Assembly (NCBI GenBank): GCA_963575745.1
Contig: CAUYUJ010000281.1
Location: forward strand, 372,001-436,000
Direction: 5' to 3'
Length of the DNA: 64,000 nt
DNA from: Prorocentrum cordatum
Lineage: Eukaryota
The notes under the pieces were generated by a model that saw only the letters and a list, made by a program, of their open reading frames with translations, did not search any database and had not been told where the DNA came from. Position numbers and translations under genes: made by a program. The first letter of the stretch is position 1. Each line of letters starts with the position of its first letter. Shown one piece after another: positions 36,306 through 47,880 of the stretch.

Positions 36306-37922
36306 TCACCACTTCTTTGACGTCTGGAAGAGGCCAGTCCGGTGGTTCTCCAGCACGCACCACGCGCGCCGCTTCTGTCCCTCCGTGAAGCCCACCATGC
36401 ACGCGTCCGGCGAATAGTCCATGAAGTTGTGGACCGGGTCGGCGCCACTGCCGCAGGAGCTGTCGCGGACGCACTGGTAATGCGGCATCATCTCCTTCTC
36501 CGTGTCATCGACGTAGTCGCCGTCTCTCGAGCAGCCGCCCTCGAAGGTGTGGTACAAGCCAAATCCGTGCCCCGCCTCATGCACCACTGTGTCCCCCTCG
36601 TCGTACATCATGTCCCCCTGGTGCCGTGAGGCATGGCCACGGAACCCCACGGACGACACCACGACCATGTGCTCTGGGTCGTCATCCGTCAGATCTTGCG
36701 GGAACGTGGTCTGACCCAAGATGCCAGACTTGTCGTTCGTGATGATGACGACAGTGAAATAACCCCCTGCGTTCTGGTTGTACTTGTGCAACAGGTGCGA
36801 CTGCGTAAACCCTTCGCGCGCACACGCGCTGTCGGTCACGATGGTGATGTTCATGAGCTTGAAGCTGATCTGCATGTCAACGGAGGGCGGGTGCTTGCTG
36901 TCGAAGTCGAAGTGTAGCCATGGCGACCTGCCAGCAAAGGCCTCGTTGGCCCACCTGTTCTGCTCCCTCACGTGCTCCTCGGTTATGGAATCGTCTTCAT
37001 TCGATTTCTTGCACACTACGTACCTGGTCGGGATCTCCAGCCTGTGAGCCTTGGGAACCTCGGGCAAGTCATGGCCGCACTTGGTCCCCCCAGTGGCACC
37101 CTCCCTGGAACTCCTGCCAGTGTGCGGCTTCGCGTGCGTGATGTGGTAGGACCACTTGTCCGGCAGCCCGACGTGACCGTGGGTCTCGTCTTAGGTCGGG
37201 CATGTCCTCCTACAGGCGGATTTTGAGAAGAAGCACACAATGGTCAAACGATAAACAGAGATAGGCAGCAGAGCACGACGAATCGTCACCAGACTGTTTT
37301 TGTTTACTATTCTGGGATATTCCTCCTGTTGAGGGGCATGCCCGACTTAAGTCTCGTAGATTTCGACGCCAGCCGTGCCGCCGAGGCTGGTCACGTGGAA
37401 GCAGCCCCTGGAGCCTCGCAGGGAGCCGGGGCCGCAGGAAGGCGGGAACCTCAAGCCAGACAGCGATGTCTCGTTGCAGCCAGGGTAATACGAATTGGCG
37501 ATCATCTCGCCAAAAAGCGGCGGGAACGGGTGCTCCACGTGCTGGTAGAACGACGCCCAGACCTTGTCGCTGGGGAGGTACAGGCACCCACCCTGGCGCA
37601 GCGCGGGGGCATGAGGGTGCGACATGACAAACTGCAGGATGTGCCTCGAGTGGCGCATGGTCTGAGATCCGCTCAGCAGCTGCCCCACCCCGCGGTAAAT
37701 CTGCCTGTGCTGCTCGAGTTCGTCAGCGTCCTGGAGGTCGCCGTGCCTCTCGTACACGGCTCTCTGCTCAGGACGACCATGTTCAGCCTGATTCGTTGGC
37801 TCAACGCTGGTGTCAACCTCGGCCTGCTGGTGCGTCGGGTCCAACTCCCTCATGGACAGCGCGTCGGTCAGACGGGTCCGCAGCCAGAGCAGCGCTAGCA
37901 CCCTCAAAGCAGAAGCCGCCAT
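36306..37922 (-). CDS. Secreted M43 (pappalysin/ulilysin-like) zinc metalloprotease, copy 1; join 37922-37352 + 37189-36306, ~484 aa
   Basis: Signal-peptide-like [17 protein letters not shown] putative cysteine switch; [13 protein letters not shown] metzincin motif; NFMDY Met-turn; segments in frame after removing 37190-37351. Confidence 0.88.
37190..37351. mobile_element. MITE family B interrupting M43 copy 1 (putative introner intron)
   Basis: ~30-bp TIR cttaggtcgggcatgtcctcctacagg / cctgttgaggggcatgcccgacttaag; tctcgt at 37184-37189 and 37352-37357. Confidence 0.85.
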
Positions 37923-38006
37923 CGGCCTGCAGGTCTAAATGTACTCAGTGTTGCGGTGCTTAGAGATATCCTGGCGCCTCCGAGATCGTCTCGAACATCT
38001 GGGTGA

Positions 38007-38027
38007 TTTGAACGCTCAGGCTACAGT
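38007..38027 (-). other. Possible degenerate spliced-leader relic upstream of M43 copy 1 (also 50339-50359)
   Basis: Minus strand ACTGTAGCCTGAGCGTTCAAA vs DCCGTAGCCATTTTGGCTCAAG; ~85 nt before ATG, after a pyrimidine tract; weak match. Confidence 0.3.
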
Positions 38028-38619
38028 TGAAATGGGGAGGAGGATGGGGGGGAGGAGACGCTGATTACATAAACTGACATGGAACTTCGAAGTCGCCTTT
38101 ATACCGACCTCCCCTTACCGAAACTGGTTCACACTGCCCCCACTGCCCCTTCCGCCCCATCCTCAACCTTCTCATCATCCCCGTCTTAATTTCGAAGCCC
38201 CCGAAGGTTCCGCGTGGCACACCACCCACATCTGTCGAACTAGTCAACACGCACCATCCCGTCAAGCAGAATTTACATGAGGCGGCGGACAAAGATAATA
38301 GGACGGCTGACATGGCCGCCAGCTCCACCCCGCCTGGCCATTCTCTGAGACAAGCACGCGCGTGTTCATAGATGTGCCGATGTCGAATTACTGAGATCGG
38401 ACTTTGTTTGCAGCAGCGCAGGCACTGGCTGTGTAGCGCGCAATGCTGTGCTGCCCTGCTTTAGCAAATCGCTCGAAATAACTGGGCCGGCTCAACATGT
38501 AGCGCTGTGGCCCCGAGCGCTTCGTCGGTGGAATGGCGGACTTTGACAGTGGGCACTACACGCCAAACCCATCGAGGGCAGAGAGAGGAGAAAGGGGAGC
38601 AGGAGAAAGAATGCTCAGA

Positions 38620-39150
38620 TCTGTTTCGTCCTTTACGCCACTTCGGGGGTCCTTGTCGCGACGGCTCGATTCGTTCCGAAATTCTTATCAGAGGGAGTTC
38701 CTGGAACGGTCCGGAGGTCGACTGCGATTCGAATCCTAATGCTCACAGCGTCGCGAAAAAATCGAGTCGGTCGGCTTGCTTGGTTTGGGCCGGCGCTCGG
38801 GCCCCCGGGCCATGGAACTGGCGGCGCGGATAAAGAAGCTGGCCCCAGAGCCCCTGGGCTGAGGCCCAGAGCTCCAGGAGCGCACCCCATAAAAAAAACG
38901 CCAAGACGTCGAAGGTGTGGGTTCTCCTCCTTCCGTCGCACTGCTTCTGCTGCTGCAGCTTCTCTGCTACTGCAGCTGCTGCTGATCCACGTTCCTCCTC
39001 GCCGCGCCACCCCCCTTGTGGAGGAGGCCCCCGGGATCCAGATGTCTCGGCGCCCTAAGAGGGCCCCAGAAGGCAGCGGAATAGGCATAGAAAACGCCCC
39101 AGAAACCACAAAACTGCTTCCAACGATAAGCGACCGCCAGCTGGAGGGAC
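38620..39150 (+). repeat. Dispersed repeat family D, second copy
   Basis: Colinear with 20150-20680. Confidence 0.85.
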
Positions 39151-41261
39151 GGAGGAGGAGGAGGAGGAGAAAGGACGAGGAGGAGAAGGAGAAGGAGGAG
39201 GAGGCGAGTGGAGGAGAGAAAATGAGGAGGAGGAGGAGGAGGCATGACCCGATCTGAGTTTTGATCCCTGCCCCGCGCCTCGACCACCGCAGACGAGAGG
39301 TCGTGCCACGTCGCTCCGGAGCGCACCGAGCGCCCGCCATGCGACCCTGCAGCACGCTGAGCAGTGAACGTGGCGTGCAGAGCACCAATGGCGAGAGCAA
39401 CGCTGAAAAGGCTCTTCTGCTCAGTACCAACGACATGAATTATGACAAGCGAAGCGATGGGATCGTCGTCCCATCCTTGGGGAAGAAACGGGAGGCACCC
39501 ACGAACACAGGGGATATACCTAGGGCAGGAAATAGAATGTGCAATCTCATAGCCGCCTACCGCGAAGCAGCCATACCAGCACCCAAGACGGCCCTGACGG
39601 AACCTACGAGAGGTAGCCCAGGCATTGCACAAGGGCTTGAGCACCGAACTGACAACACAAGACCCAAACTTTTGTCGAACCAGACAAATCTAGATCTGCA
39701 AAGATCACAAAGTCGGGGAGGTGTGGGGCATCCGTCAATTCAGACAGGCACTGAGCATGCGTGCGGAGGAAAGGGAGAGGAGAGATATCCACCAGTACCT
39801 TTGTTATTGTGCTTTGAAGACCGTCGCAAATATTGGTGGGGATCGTCGGGACATCGACGAGAGACTCAAAGTTGCGCAGCATGTGGACATAGGAGGAGGT
39901 GCGGCAAGTAGGCGAAGGCATAAATAACAACTCGCATTTGATGGTGCCTAAACGCCCCCAGAAACTCACGAGTGCGCGCAAACTCGTCTGAACGGAGAGC
40001 GGCGCGGAACAGGGCAGCACGGAACAGGCTTGACACGAGATGCCACAGTTCTCTAAATCGTAAAGCAGACCACTAGGTAACGAATGTCTGGGCGCCACTG
40101 GGAGCTGCTGGAGAGCTTGATTTCACCCCCCAGACATGTCTGATGATTGGATAGGACTGAGCAGTATGTTGGGAAACAGGTTGGCGATAGATATCGCGCA
40201 TGTGTAAGTTCCTGCAAGGCCTACACAGACACCCTTAACATCCCTGGCACGTTTCGTCGGCATCCTACAAAGGCAAACCCAGGAAATATGTTCACTATCC
40301 AGGCCCACGGTCACTCCACGGTATCTACCAGAGCGCCCAAGATAACGAGCTTTCGCCCGAAACTGATTCGCCCTGCAGTCCGGCGAAACAACTGCTCCAC
40401 CTGGTCGTGTGGCAGCGCGAACTGGCACCTGGCAGGGCGCAGGAAAAGGCCAAGGGTCCTCCCTAGCTGAAGAAGCGGCTTACCATCTTCTTGTTGGCGG
40501 CACCCAGATCGAACGCAGCAATCCCAAGATCATCAGCGCGCACATAGGTGAGAACGGATATCGCTCAGAGCATCGCGAAGACGTCGGAATCATGGATCGA
40601 AAACAAGGGCGAAGAGGAGGCCAGCGGGAGGGCTATCTGGTTTAACCCCGCGTTCCACATTGCATTTGCCAAAGCTGCTGCCTCCGAAGCGCAGGCGCAT
40701 GCACATCTTATCGCACGCGTTGCGGGTGATCGGGCAACACGAGAAAGAATGCGCATGTCATCAAATACATACAGAATCCAGCCACGAGCCAAGCAAGGGA
40801 AAGCTTGTCAGAGATCATCAAATGCCACGCCGGGGCAGGGGCAGCTTCTTAAGCTATACACTGGGTGCATCTGCTACCCAGAGCCAAGACACTATCCACA
40901 AGGGAAGGACCACCGCCATAGAGGCGCTGTTCACTATCCACCGCGCGGCGGGCGACCTGGTTAAGTGGCTGTGCCAGGGCGCCGCAAATTAGCTTGCACT
41001 CGCAATTGCCGAAAGCGAGCGGGCAAACATTCTCTGCTGATCTCGTCGGATCCGCCTCCAGCGCGCCCTTCGGCAAGATCGCAGGGAAGGCGTCGTTGAA
41101 CTCATCGTGAATTTTCCCCCGTCCCAATGCTATGACAATAACGCCGATGAAGAAGATTTCGATCAGCAGTTCCTCCGCGCCTCCACCCCGAGCGAGGGGC
41201 GCCGTCCAGGCCAGGACTCGAGTCCCTGGCTTTATCATTCATCAAACTGGCCGACTAAATC

Positions 41262-41465
41262 TTGGAGGCCTGGAAATGGGCACCAACACCAACACAGGGG
41301 GCTGCCTCCACGGGGGGAAGATGATCCTAGATTTCGGTGGTGGTGGCAATATTTCGGTCACCTTGGAAGCCAGAATATTACCACCATCACCGAGATCGGG
41401 CTCGTCATCCCTCGGTGGAGGCACGCCGCCGATCTTGGCGTTGGTGTCAACCTCTAGGCCTCCGA
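41262..41465. mobile_element. 204-bp fold-back MITE with 6-bp TSD inside L4
   Basis: Arms ggaggcct...caccaacaccaa / ttggcgttggtg...aggcctcc; taaatc at 41256-41261 and 41466-41471. Confidence 0.85.
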
Positions 41466-41662
41466 TAAATCTCCACTCGTTACCCACAGTGCGTCCTGCG
41501 GAGCTGCTTGGATCCGCTGCCCGCGCTCTTGCGCGCCTCCTTGCGGGGGCGAAAAGGTCGACGGGCATTCGCCCGGCGGTTCTGCAGGAGGCCGGCGCGC
41601 GCGCGGGGTCGGGCGCGGGCCGCCTCCGGGGGCCGCCAATTCCCGGGGGCGCCACCTGCCTA

Positions 41663-41849
41663 CCCAGACCCCTTCGAGTAATGAAAAAATCATGACGGGA
41701 GGTTTTTCCTAATTTTCGGCCTCCGGGGGCCCTCGCCGGGCCTCGGGAGCGTAAAAAAACGACTCAGGATGCAAAGCCGGTCATGGGGAAAGGGTCGGGA
41801 CCTCTGGGGGTCGACGTAATGACAAAAATCATTACGTCGGGGGTCTGGG
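41663..41849. mobile_element. TA-flanked MITE inside L4
   Basis: ta|cccagacccc..gtaatga ... tcattac..ggggtctggg|ta. Confidence 0.8.
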
Positions 41850-44221
41850 TATAACGAGGGGCCAACGCAAGAGACTACCACGAATGCTTTGCTAGCCGGG
41901 CAGGCCACGCCTAAGAAGAAGCGGCCCCACCGCCAGCGAGCTCCACTCGCTCTTCTTCCAGTTCTGCTCGGCCTAGGGCAGCTTGCCGGGGTCGGTCAGG
42001 TAGTGCTCGTCTGGGGCAAAATCCAGAGGCTCCGGGAACCGTCGAACAGCGGTTCTCCCGCGGCCCAGGTCGTTGTTCCTTCTGGCCCGACCATGGGCCA
42101 TGCACCGGGAGATGCGATGCCCGATCGATTTGGAACTGCCCGCGCAGGACGCGATCTGAATCTCCAGGGAAGCAATGCGCATGATCGGTTTCGCCTGTGC
42201 CATCACCAGAAGAGCATCTTCAGAAATACTAAATTGCTTAATCGTCCTCTCTGCTTCCACCGCGAGCTCAGGCTGGCGACATGCCCAGCGTGGGATCGAG
42301 GAGCGCGTGTTCGGGCGCTGAACGGCAAGACTAGCACAAACGCGAGCACGAACGATTACTTACCGAATCTCTACTGGCTGCCATTCAACTCCAGCGGCAG
42401 GCGCGAAGCATGCAAGCACAGAGGGAAGCATCGACGTACATACATCCGACCATTGCGCGACGCACTCAATACTGCCCCATTTGTATGTTTACTATGTGGG
42501 CGGTGCACATGTGCAAGTTCGGTATAGCAGGAGACATATCTGCCAAATTAACTTGCTAGCGATCCACTGGGAGTCTTATCCAAAGACGGGTCCACGCGCT
42601 GCTTAGACAGGCCCAGTGCACAAACATTCCCGTCGCCACCTACACAGACAGAAATATGCTGCGGGACCAGCGATCTCGCGACACAAGAACGAGAACGTTT
42701 CTTCCCAATGCTCGAGTCTTTGGGGCCATTGAGACAATGGCAAGGTACATTGAGCTCCAGAGCGGTGCGCTCGCCGGCTGCAGTATTCACCGAATCGACG
42801 GGTTCAAAATGCGAGTGGAGACGGTCGTGGACGCAAATCATCAAATATTTGATCATCACAGAACGCGCCGTAACATGTGCGGGAGGGGGGAAGCGAGCGA
42901 GAGTGTCTGAATCACCGACGTGTCCGTGGGGTTCTAGAAATAAGAGGCAGTCGAATTTGCCAGCTACCCCAAGGAATGGGCCCCACTCGGCGCGCCAAGC
43001 AGTGCAGCGGCATTCCAGATGCAGATGGACAAGTGACTAGGAAGCACCCGAGTAACAGCAGGAGGGGGAACAGAGAGGGCACCAGGCGGCGAGCGCAGCA
43101 AAGATAATGGAAGAGCGGCACAGTCCTCATTCACTTCAGGAAGCCATCGGACCAGATTGAGCATCTCCAGGATGGGCTTCATCCTCTCGCATGTGAGTCC
43201 CAGTTCAAGGCGCTCGGCATGGGGGCCCCAATTCGAGGCACGTTCATCAGCAACGACACTGACGAGGCCACACGCAGCAGACTCCGATGTCACCGAAACT
43301 GGGTTGCAGAACGCAGAGCAGCCAAGTTTGCACTTCTGAATTTCCCGGTCCTGGCGCGACTTGGGCAGCTTCGTTAGAGGTAGCTGCGAACTTCACGAGG
43401 TAGGTCGCCTCGGCAGTGCAACTGAATTACAACACCGCCCCCGGGACCCGCCCAAGTAACTGCGTTCATGCCAAACCGCGAACTGAACGCCTTAGCCTGC
43501 TCTTCGGACTGCCATGCCGCGCCGGACCTCTGAGACGAACGATGAAAAAGGAGGGGCAGCATCTTTTTGTGGAATCTGCGATGGCAGCTTCGCTGCAATA
43601 TCTTGCCGCGCCTGCTTCAGAGTGATATCCATAAACCTTTTCTGAGAATGCGCCGATCCACCGACGACCGGAATTTTGAGCGCCTGCAGTCAGTAACATT
43701 GGAAGACGACCACTCAGCATGCACCGAAAAAGCTGCGGGTAGCGAAGACAAGCGAAACATTCAACGCGACGGCGCTTCGATCCTTGAGACCACGAAGAGG
43801 AGGCGCCACAGTCAGAAACAGCAGCGTTCGCGGAAACGTCGACTTTCAAAGTGTTGACTGCCTGCGTACATTCGTCATGCTTGCCGTTCAGCTTATTGTC
43901 GAGCTCAAGCATCTGGGCCTGGATGCCTTCGACCTGGGGCTTGAGAGCCATGCGTTCCTTCCCCGAGTTGTCCGTATTCCCAATGGCCGGCGTCGTCGTC
44001 GCGCGGTCGCGACCATGCTTCTCGTGCTTCCCCTCCAGCATTTTCACGGTGGCCTCCAAGTCAGCCGTGGAAGTTCGAAAAAAGCGGAAGGGGTCCATGG
44101 GCTTCAGTGGCAACGTGCTTGCGTGCGACACTGATCGAGAATCGGGGCTCCAGGATCTGCCTGGGGCGGCCTCTGCCATCCCCGAGCGGCGCGGCAACGC
44201 GCCACCTCGAGAAGTCGATCG

Positions 44222-44258
44222 CTCGAGCCAAACTGGCTTGAGCCGAACTGGCTGCGGA
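44222..44258 (-). other. Spliced-leader-like 22-mer plus tandem 15-nt relic
   Basis: TCCGCAGCCAGTTCGGCTCAAG (19/22 to DCCGTAGCCATTTTGGCTCAAG) followed by CCAGTTTGGCTCGAG (13/15 to CCATTTTGGCTCAAG). Confidence 0.85.
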
Positions 44259-44699
44259 GGAGGAGGGGGAGGGGGCGCGCGCCTTCCCCGAGTGGCGCGA
44301 CGCAGCTCGCCGAGATCGCCCGGGGCTCCGAGGGGCGGCGCTCGGGCCCGCTCTGGGCCGGGCCGGCGCGCGCCCCACTCGCCGCCCGCGCCGCCCGCGG
44401 AGCTGAGGTACGAAGCCGATGTGGCATCGCAGCAGCAATTCGGCCCTTGACTTTCGTCCTCGGTTCGGCTTAGTGAAGCGATGAATTTCGGGGCCCTTGC
44501 GCGGGGAAAAACATCGCTTCACTAATCTGAGGCCCCTGGGGCCTCAGTGGGCCCCGGGGCCCAAAATCAGCGAAGTGATGGCTATCGACCCTCGGATGAG
44601 ACAGACCAGACTTGTAGGGGGGCGTTCGCATCAGAACTTCCCGCGGCGAGAGGGCGACCGCAGGGCCCTCGCGCAGGCGCCGGCGAGCGCAGGGGCGCG

Positions 44700-47530
44700 G
44701 GCCCCGCAGCTGCTCGCCTCGTCTGCGCCGCGCCTGGGAGTTGACGAGCTGGCCCTCGCAAGTCCGCTAAGATGTCGGTGGCCCTGCCGCTCGAGAAGGC
44801 GCCGCAATCGCCGCGAAACAAGACTGCCAGCGAGCAGAAACACGCATCGGCTCAACGGCAGCTGCAAGGGGGCCGCCCTCGGGGCGGGCGACAAACGGAT
44901 ATCCATCGAGGGCGCCCGTCGGCAGGGCATCCTGACGAAAGCCCCCTGGCCCTTGAAGGTGCGGAACTGCCTTCCGCAGCCCCAGTTCTGACGCAGGCGC
45001 GCCTCTGTTCCCGGAGGAGGGGCGAGGGGGTGCCCGGGAAGGCCCAGCCCGAGCCCGCGGCATCTCCCGCGACCCCACCATTTGGCGCCGCCGCCCAGTG
45101 GCGCCTGCAAGTACACCAGCGCGCGAGGTCCTGCTGACCCCGAAATTGCACGCATTGCAAGCGTCATCTGAAAGCTCCTGCCAAATTTTCTCTAGCCCGG
45201 GGGGGGGATCTACCGCGGCCCCAACTTTGGCCCGCGGTCGCCCGTGCGACTGCGGGCCAACCAGTGGAAGGGAAATCCACCCGGGGTAGTCGCCTCGGCC
45301 GCAATAACCCACTCCGCTATCAAGGTGGCAGAGACCGACGAGCCCACGCCCTGCCAACTGGGAGACGAGCCGCCACTTGTGGAACATATCCTCATCGGCC
45401 AAGTCGAGATTGACTCCGAAGTATGGCCGCCGAGGCGGCTGCGACGGGCGCCCCGCGGGCAACTCCGCGGGGAAAGGCTCGGGGCGGGCCAGTCGCCAGC
45501 CGCGCTGGACGCGGATGCGCGAGTCAGCGCGACCTGCACGGGCGACCGCGGGGAGGCCGAGGTGTCCAGGACCGTGGCCTTCCCACATGCAGCAGCTATC
45601 GACGTGTCGACGACGAAGAAATCGACTGTCCTGCCGCCGCCAAGCCCCGCGCACGTAACTTGCTCTGGTGCTGGGGGTACTCCAGCAACGTCCTCGAGCC
45701 AGCCCGCGCCTTCCAGCGAGCCCACGACGTTGCGGAAGTCAACTTGCAAAACCCACGGCAGCCCGCAACGCGCGATAAAACCTCCGATCGTTTCAAGTAT
45801 AAACGAAAACCTGATTGTCCATCCTTCGTTCGTCTACAGATAGGCAGACGCCATGATGGGCCCGCCCGGCTGTCCGGCTGGGGCCCGCCCAGCTGCGATC
45901 CTTCCTGGCGGCCCCAGCTGCGATCCTTCCTAGCGACTCCTGCCTTCCAGGACCGTAACTCCCATGGTGCGCGGCACGAGCAGACCTGCTCCCGCGCTTC
46001 GAACTCCGCCAGCGCCTTCGGCGGAGGGTGCGGAGTCGGCGATGAAGCTACGCTGGCAGCGTGCTGCCTCCACTTGCTGACGCCAGAACGGGAGAGGCGC
46101 AGCTCCTGCAAAAAGAAAATGCGGTAGGCTGCCAGGTCGTTAGCCTCGTCAGTGTAGTCGACGGCAGACGACCAGGCGTTAGCATTCAAACCAATCAGCT
46201 GCAGCCCCGGTTTCTGGTGGAGCTTCTGGCCACAGCGGCCCCTGGCGGCGCCGCGCGCATGGCGGCGCGGCGGGCTAGGAGCCCGCAGGGGGGCCGCCTC
46301 CGCCGCCGCCAGCTGTCGCGGCGGCCCGCTGCCGAGCTGCCTGAGCCACGGCTGCAGCATCGCCAGAAGCAGCAGCGCCGCCCGCGCCAGCGCCCGCAGG
46401 CGCTTCCCAGGCCGATCCTGGGGCCAGCGCAGCGAGGGGTGGTCCTCCGCCCGCGCGCGGCGCGGCAGCTTAGTTGCCGGCTGTCGCGGCCTTGGGGGAG
46501 CCGGACGCCGCGGCGCCGCCGCCCTCTGCGCGGCGGTGCTTCGCCGCAAGGTGCGTGCGCATCGCCGCCAGCTCCGCGCGCCGTGCCCTGATCGCCTCGG
46601 CGCTGGTGCTGAAGACCTCCTTGACCCTGCCCTTGATCTCCTGAGCGAAGGCCGCCTTGAACTCGTCCCGTTGCTGCTTCTCGGAATCATCCAGGTCGTA
46701 CTTGATCTGGTCGAGGTCGTCGCGCAGCAAATTACTGAGGTTGATAGCTGTCGCTGCAGGCGCTGGCGCAGGCGCCTCCTGAGCCTCGGCCCCGCGCCCA
46801 CGGCTGATGGGAGCGAGGGTGTCGCCGACGTCCGCCTTCGCCGTGGCAAGCGCCTCGGCGGCAGCAGCGGTGTTTGCACGACGCAGCTCAAACCAAACGA
46901 CCGCCTTGTGCTTCGACGTGGTCGCCTGCTCGAGCGACTGGTTGGCGCGCTGCTCCACCGCCACCAGACGCTGGTCCTTGGCATGCGAACTCTCATGCTG
47001 CTCCTTGGGCGCTGGTTCAGCCGCTTCCTGAAGCCCTGCAACGCGTCGAGCTGGTCGGGTGCGACACGGCTCTCGAGGACGAGGAACGTTGAGGCCAGCG
47101 CGGGCGGGTCCCCAGGCGGAAGCAGGTCCCCACCCGAGCCTTTCCCGCGGCCCTACTTGGTCCTCGTCCCCGCGCCCATGTCGTCGTAAGAACTCTAGGC
47201 CCCGCGCGGCGTGTGCCGGGGCGCAGGCGGGAGCTCCAGCGGCGCCGCGCACCTGTAGCACGCCTCGCAGCCCTTTCCACTTGTACTTGTAAGTCCTGGC
47301 GTGGCACTTGTTTTGCCCATGCGGCTGCTTGCCCATGGGTCGGCGCGGCACGGCGCAGGCTCCCCCAGGAGCCTGCGGAAAGCTGTGCCGAGGTGGGGCG
47401 GACCACCACGGCACTCACCCTGGGGCGGACCAGGGGAAGCGTTGAAGGCAGTGCTCGGTAGAGCAATCCCTGCAAGCTCGGAGGCTGAATGCCCGGCAAG
47501 CACATCACCTTGATCCAGACTTGCTACGGA
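44700..47530 (-). mobile_element. Decayed non-LTR retrotransposon L3, 5' part only (SL-like head, ORF1, APE); 3' boundary approximate
   Basis: ORF1 MGKQPH...CEACYRC (frameshift) + coiled coil; APE: IGLNANAW, FFLQELRL (~46100-46200), VDFRN, TVDFFVV, SPRSPV (45500-45750); no RT seen. Confidence 0.8.
47509..47530 (-). other. Spliced-leader-like 22-mer at 5' end of L3
   Basis: TCCGTAGCAAGTCTGGATCAAG, 18/22 to DinoSL; directly abuts (GAG)n. Confidence 0.75.
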
Positions 47531-47880
47531 GGAGGAGGAAGAAGAAGAGGAGGAGGAGGAGGAGGAGGAGAGAGGAGGATGAGGAGAGAGGAGGACGGAG
47601 GAGGAGGAGGAGGAGAGGAGGAGGAGGAGGAGGAGGAGGAGGAGGAGGAGGAGCGGAGAAGGAGGAGGAGGAGGACGAGGTGGAGGAGGAGGAGGAGGAG
47701 GAGGAGCGAACGTCGCCTAGGAGGAGGAGGGGGAGGGAGGAGGAGGAGGAGGAGGAGGAGGAGGAGGAGGAGGAGGAGGAGGAGGAGGAGGAGGAGAAAG
47801 GAGGAGGAGGAGGAGGAGGAGGAGAAGGAGGAGAAGGAGGAGGAGGAGAGGAGGAGGAGCAAGGAGGAGGGGAAGAAGGG
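47531..47880. repeat. (GAG)n microsatellite
   Basis: Directly visible. Confidence 0.95.

Larger units (their letters stand above)
39243..44258 (-). mobile_element. Decayed, apparently full-length non-LTR retrotransposon L4 (SL-like head, ORF1, APE, RT) bounded by GAG repeats
   Basis: ORF1 coiled-coil 43466-44197; APE-like FLEPHG (~42930), GGDGN (~42630); RT: PGLDG (~41200), ADDLG (~40530), ARYLG (~40340); ggaggagg on both flanks. Confidence 0.8.

Noticed and set aside
37347..37922. 191-aa ORF as a separate secreted protein (also 49679-50254)
   Set aside because: Its stop lies within the MITE TIR and the frame continues into the M43 domain once the element is removed; not excluded without RNA data.
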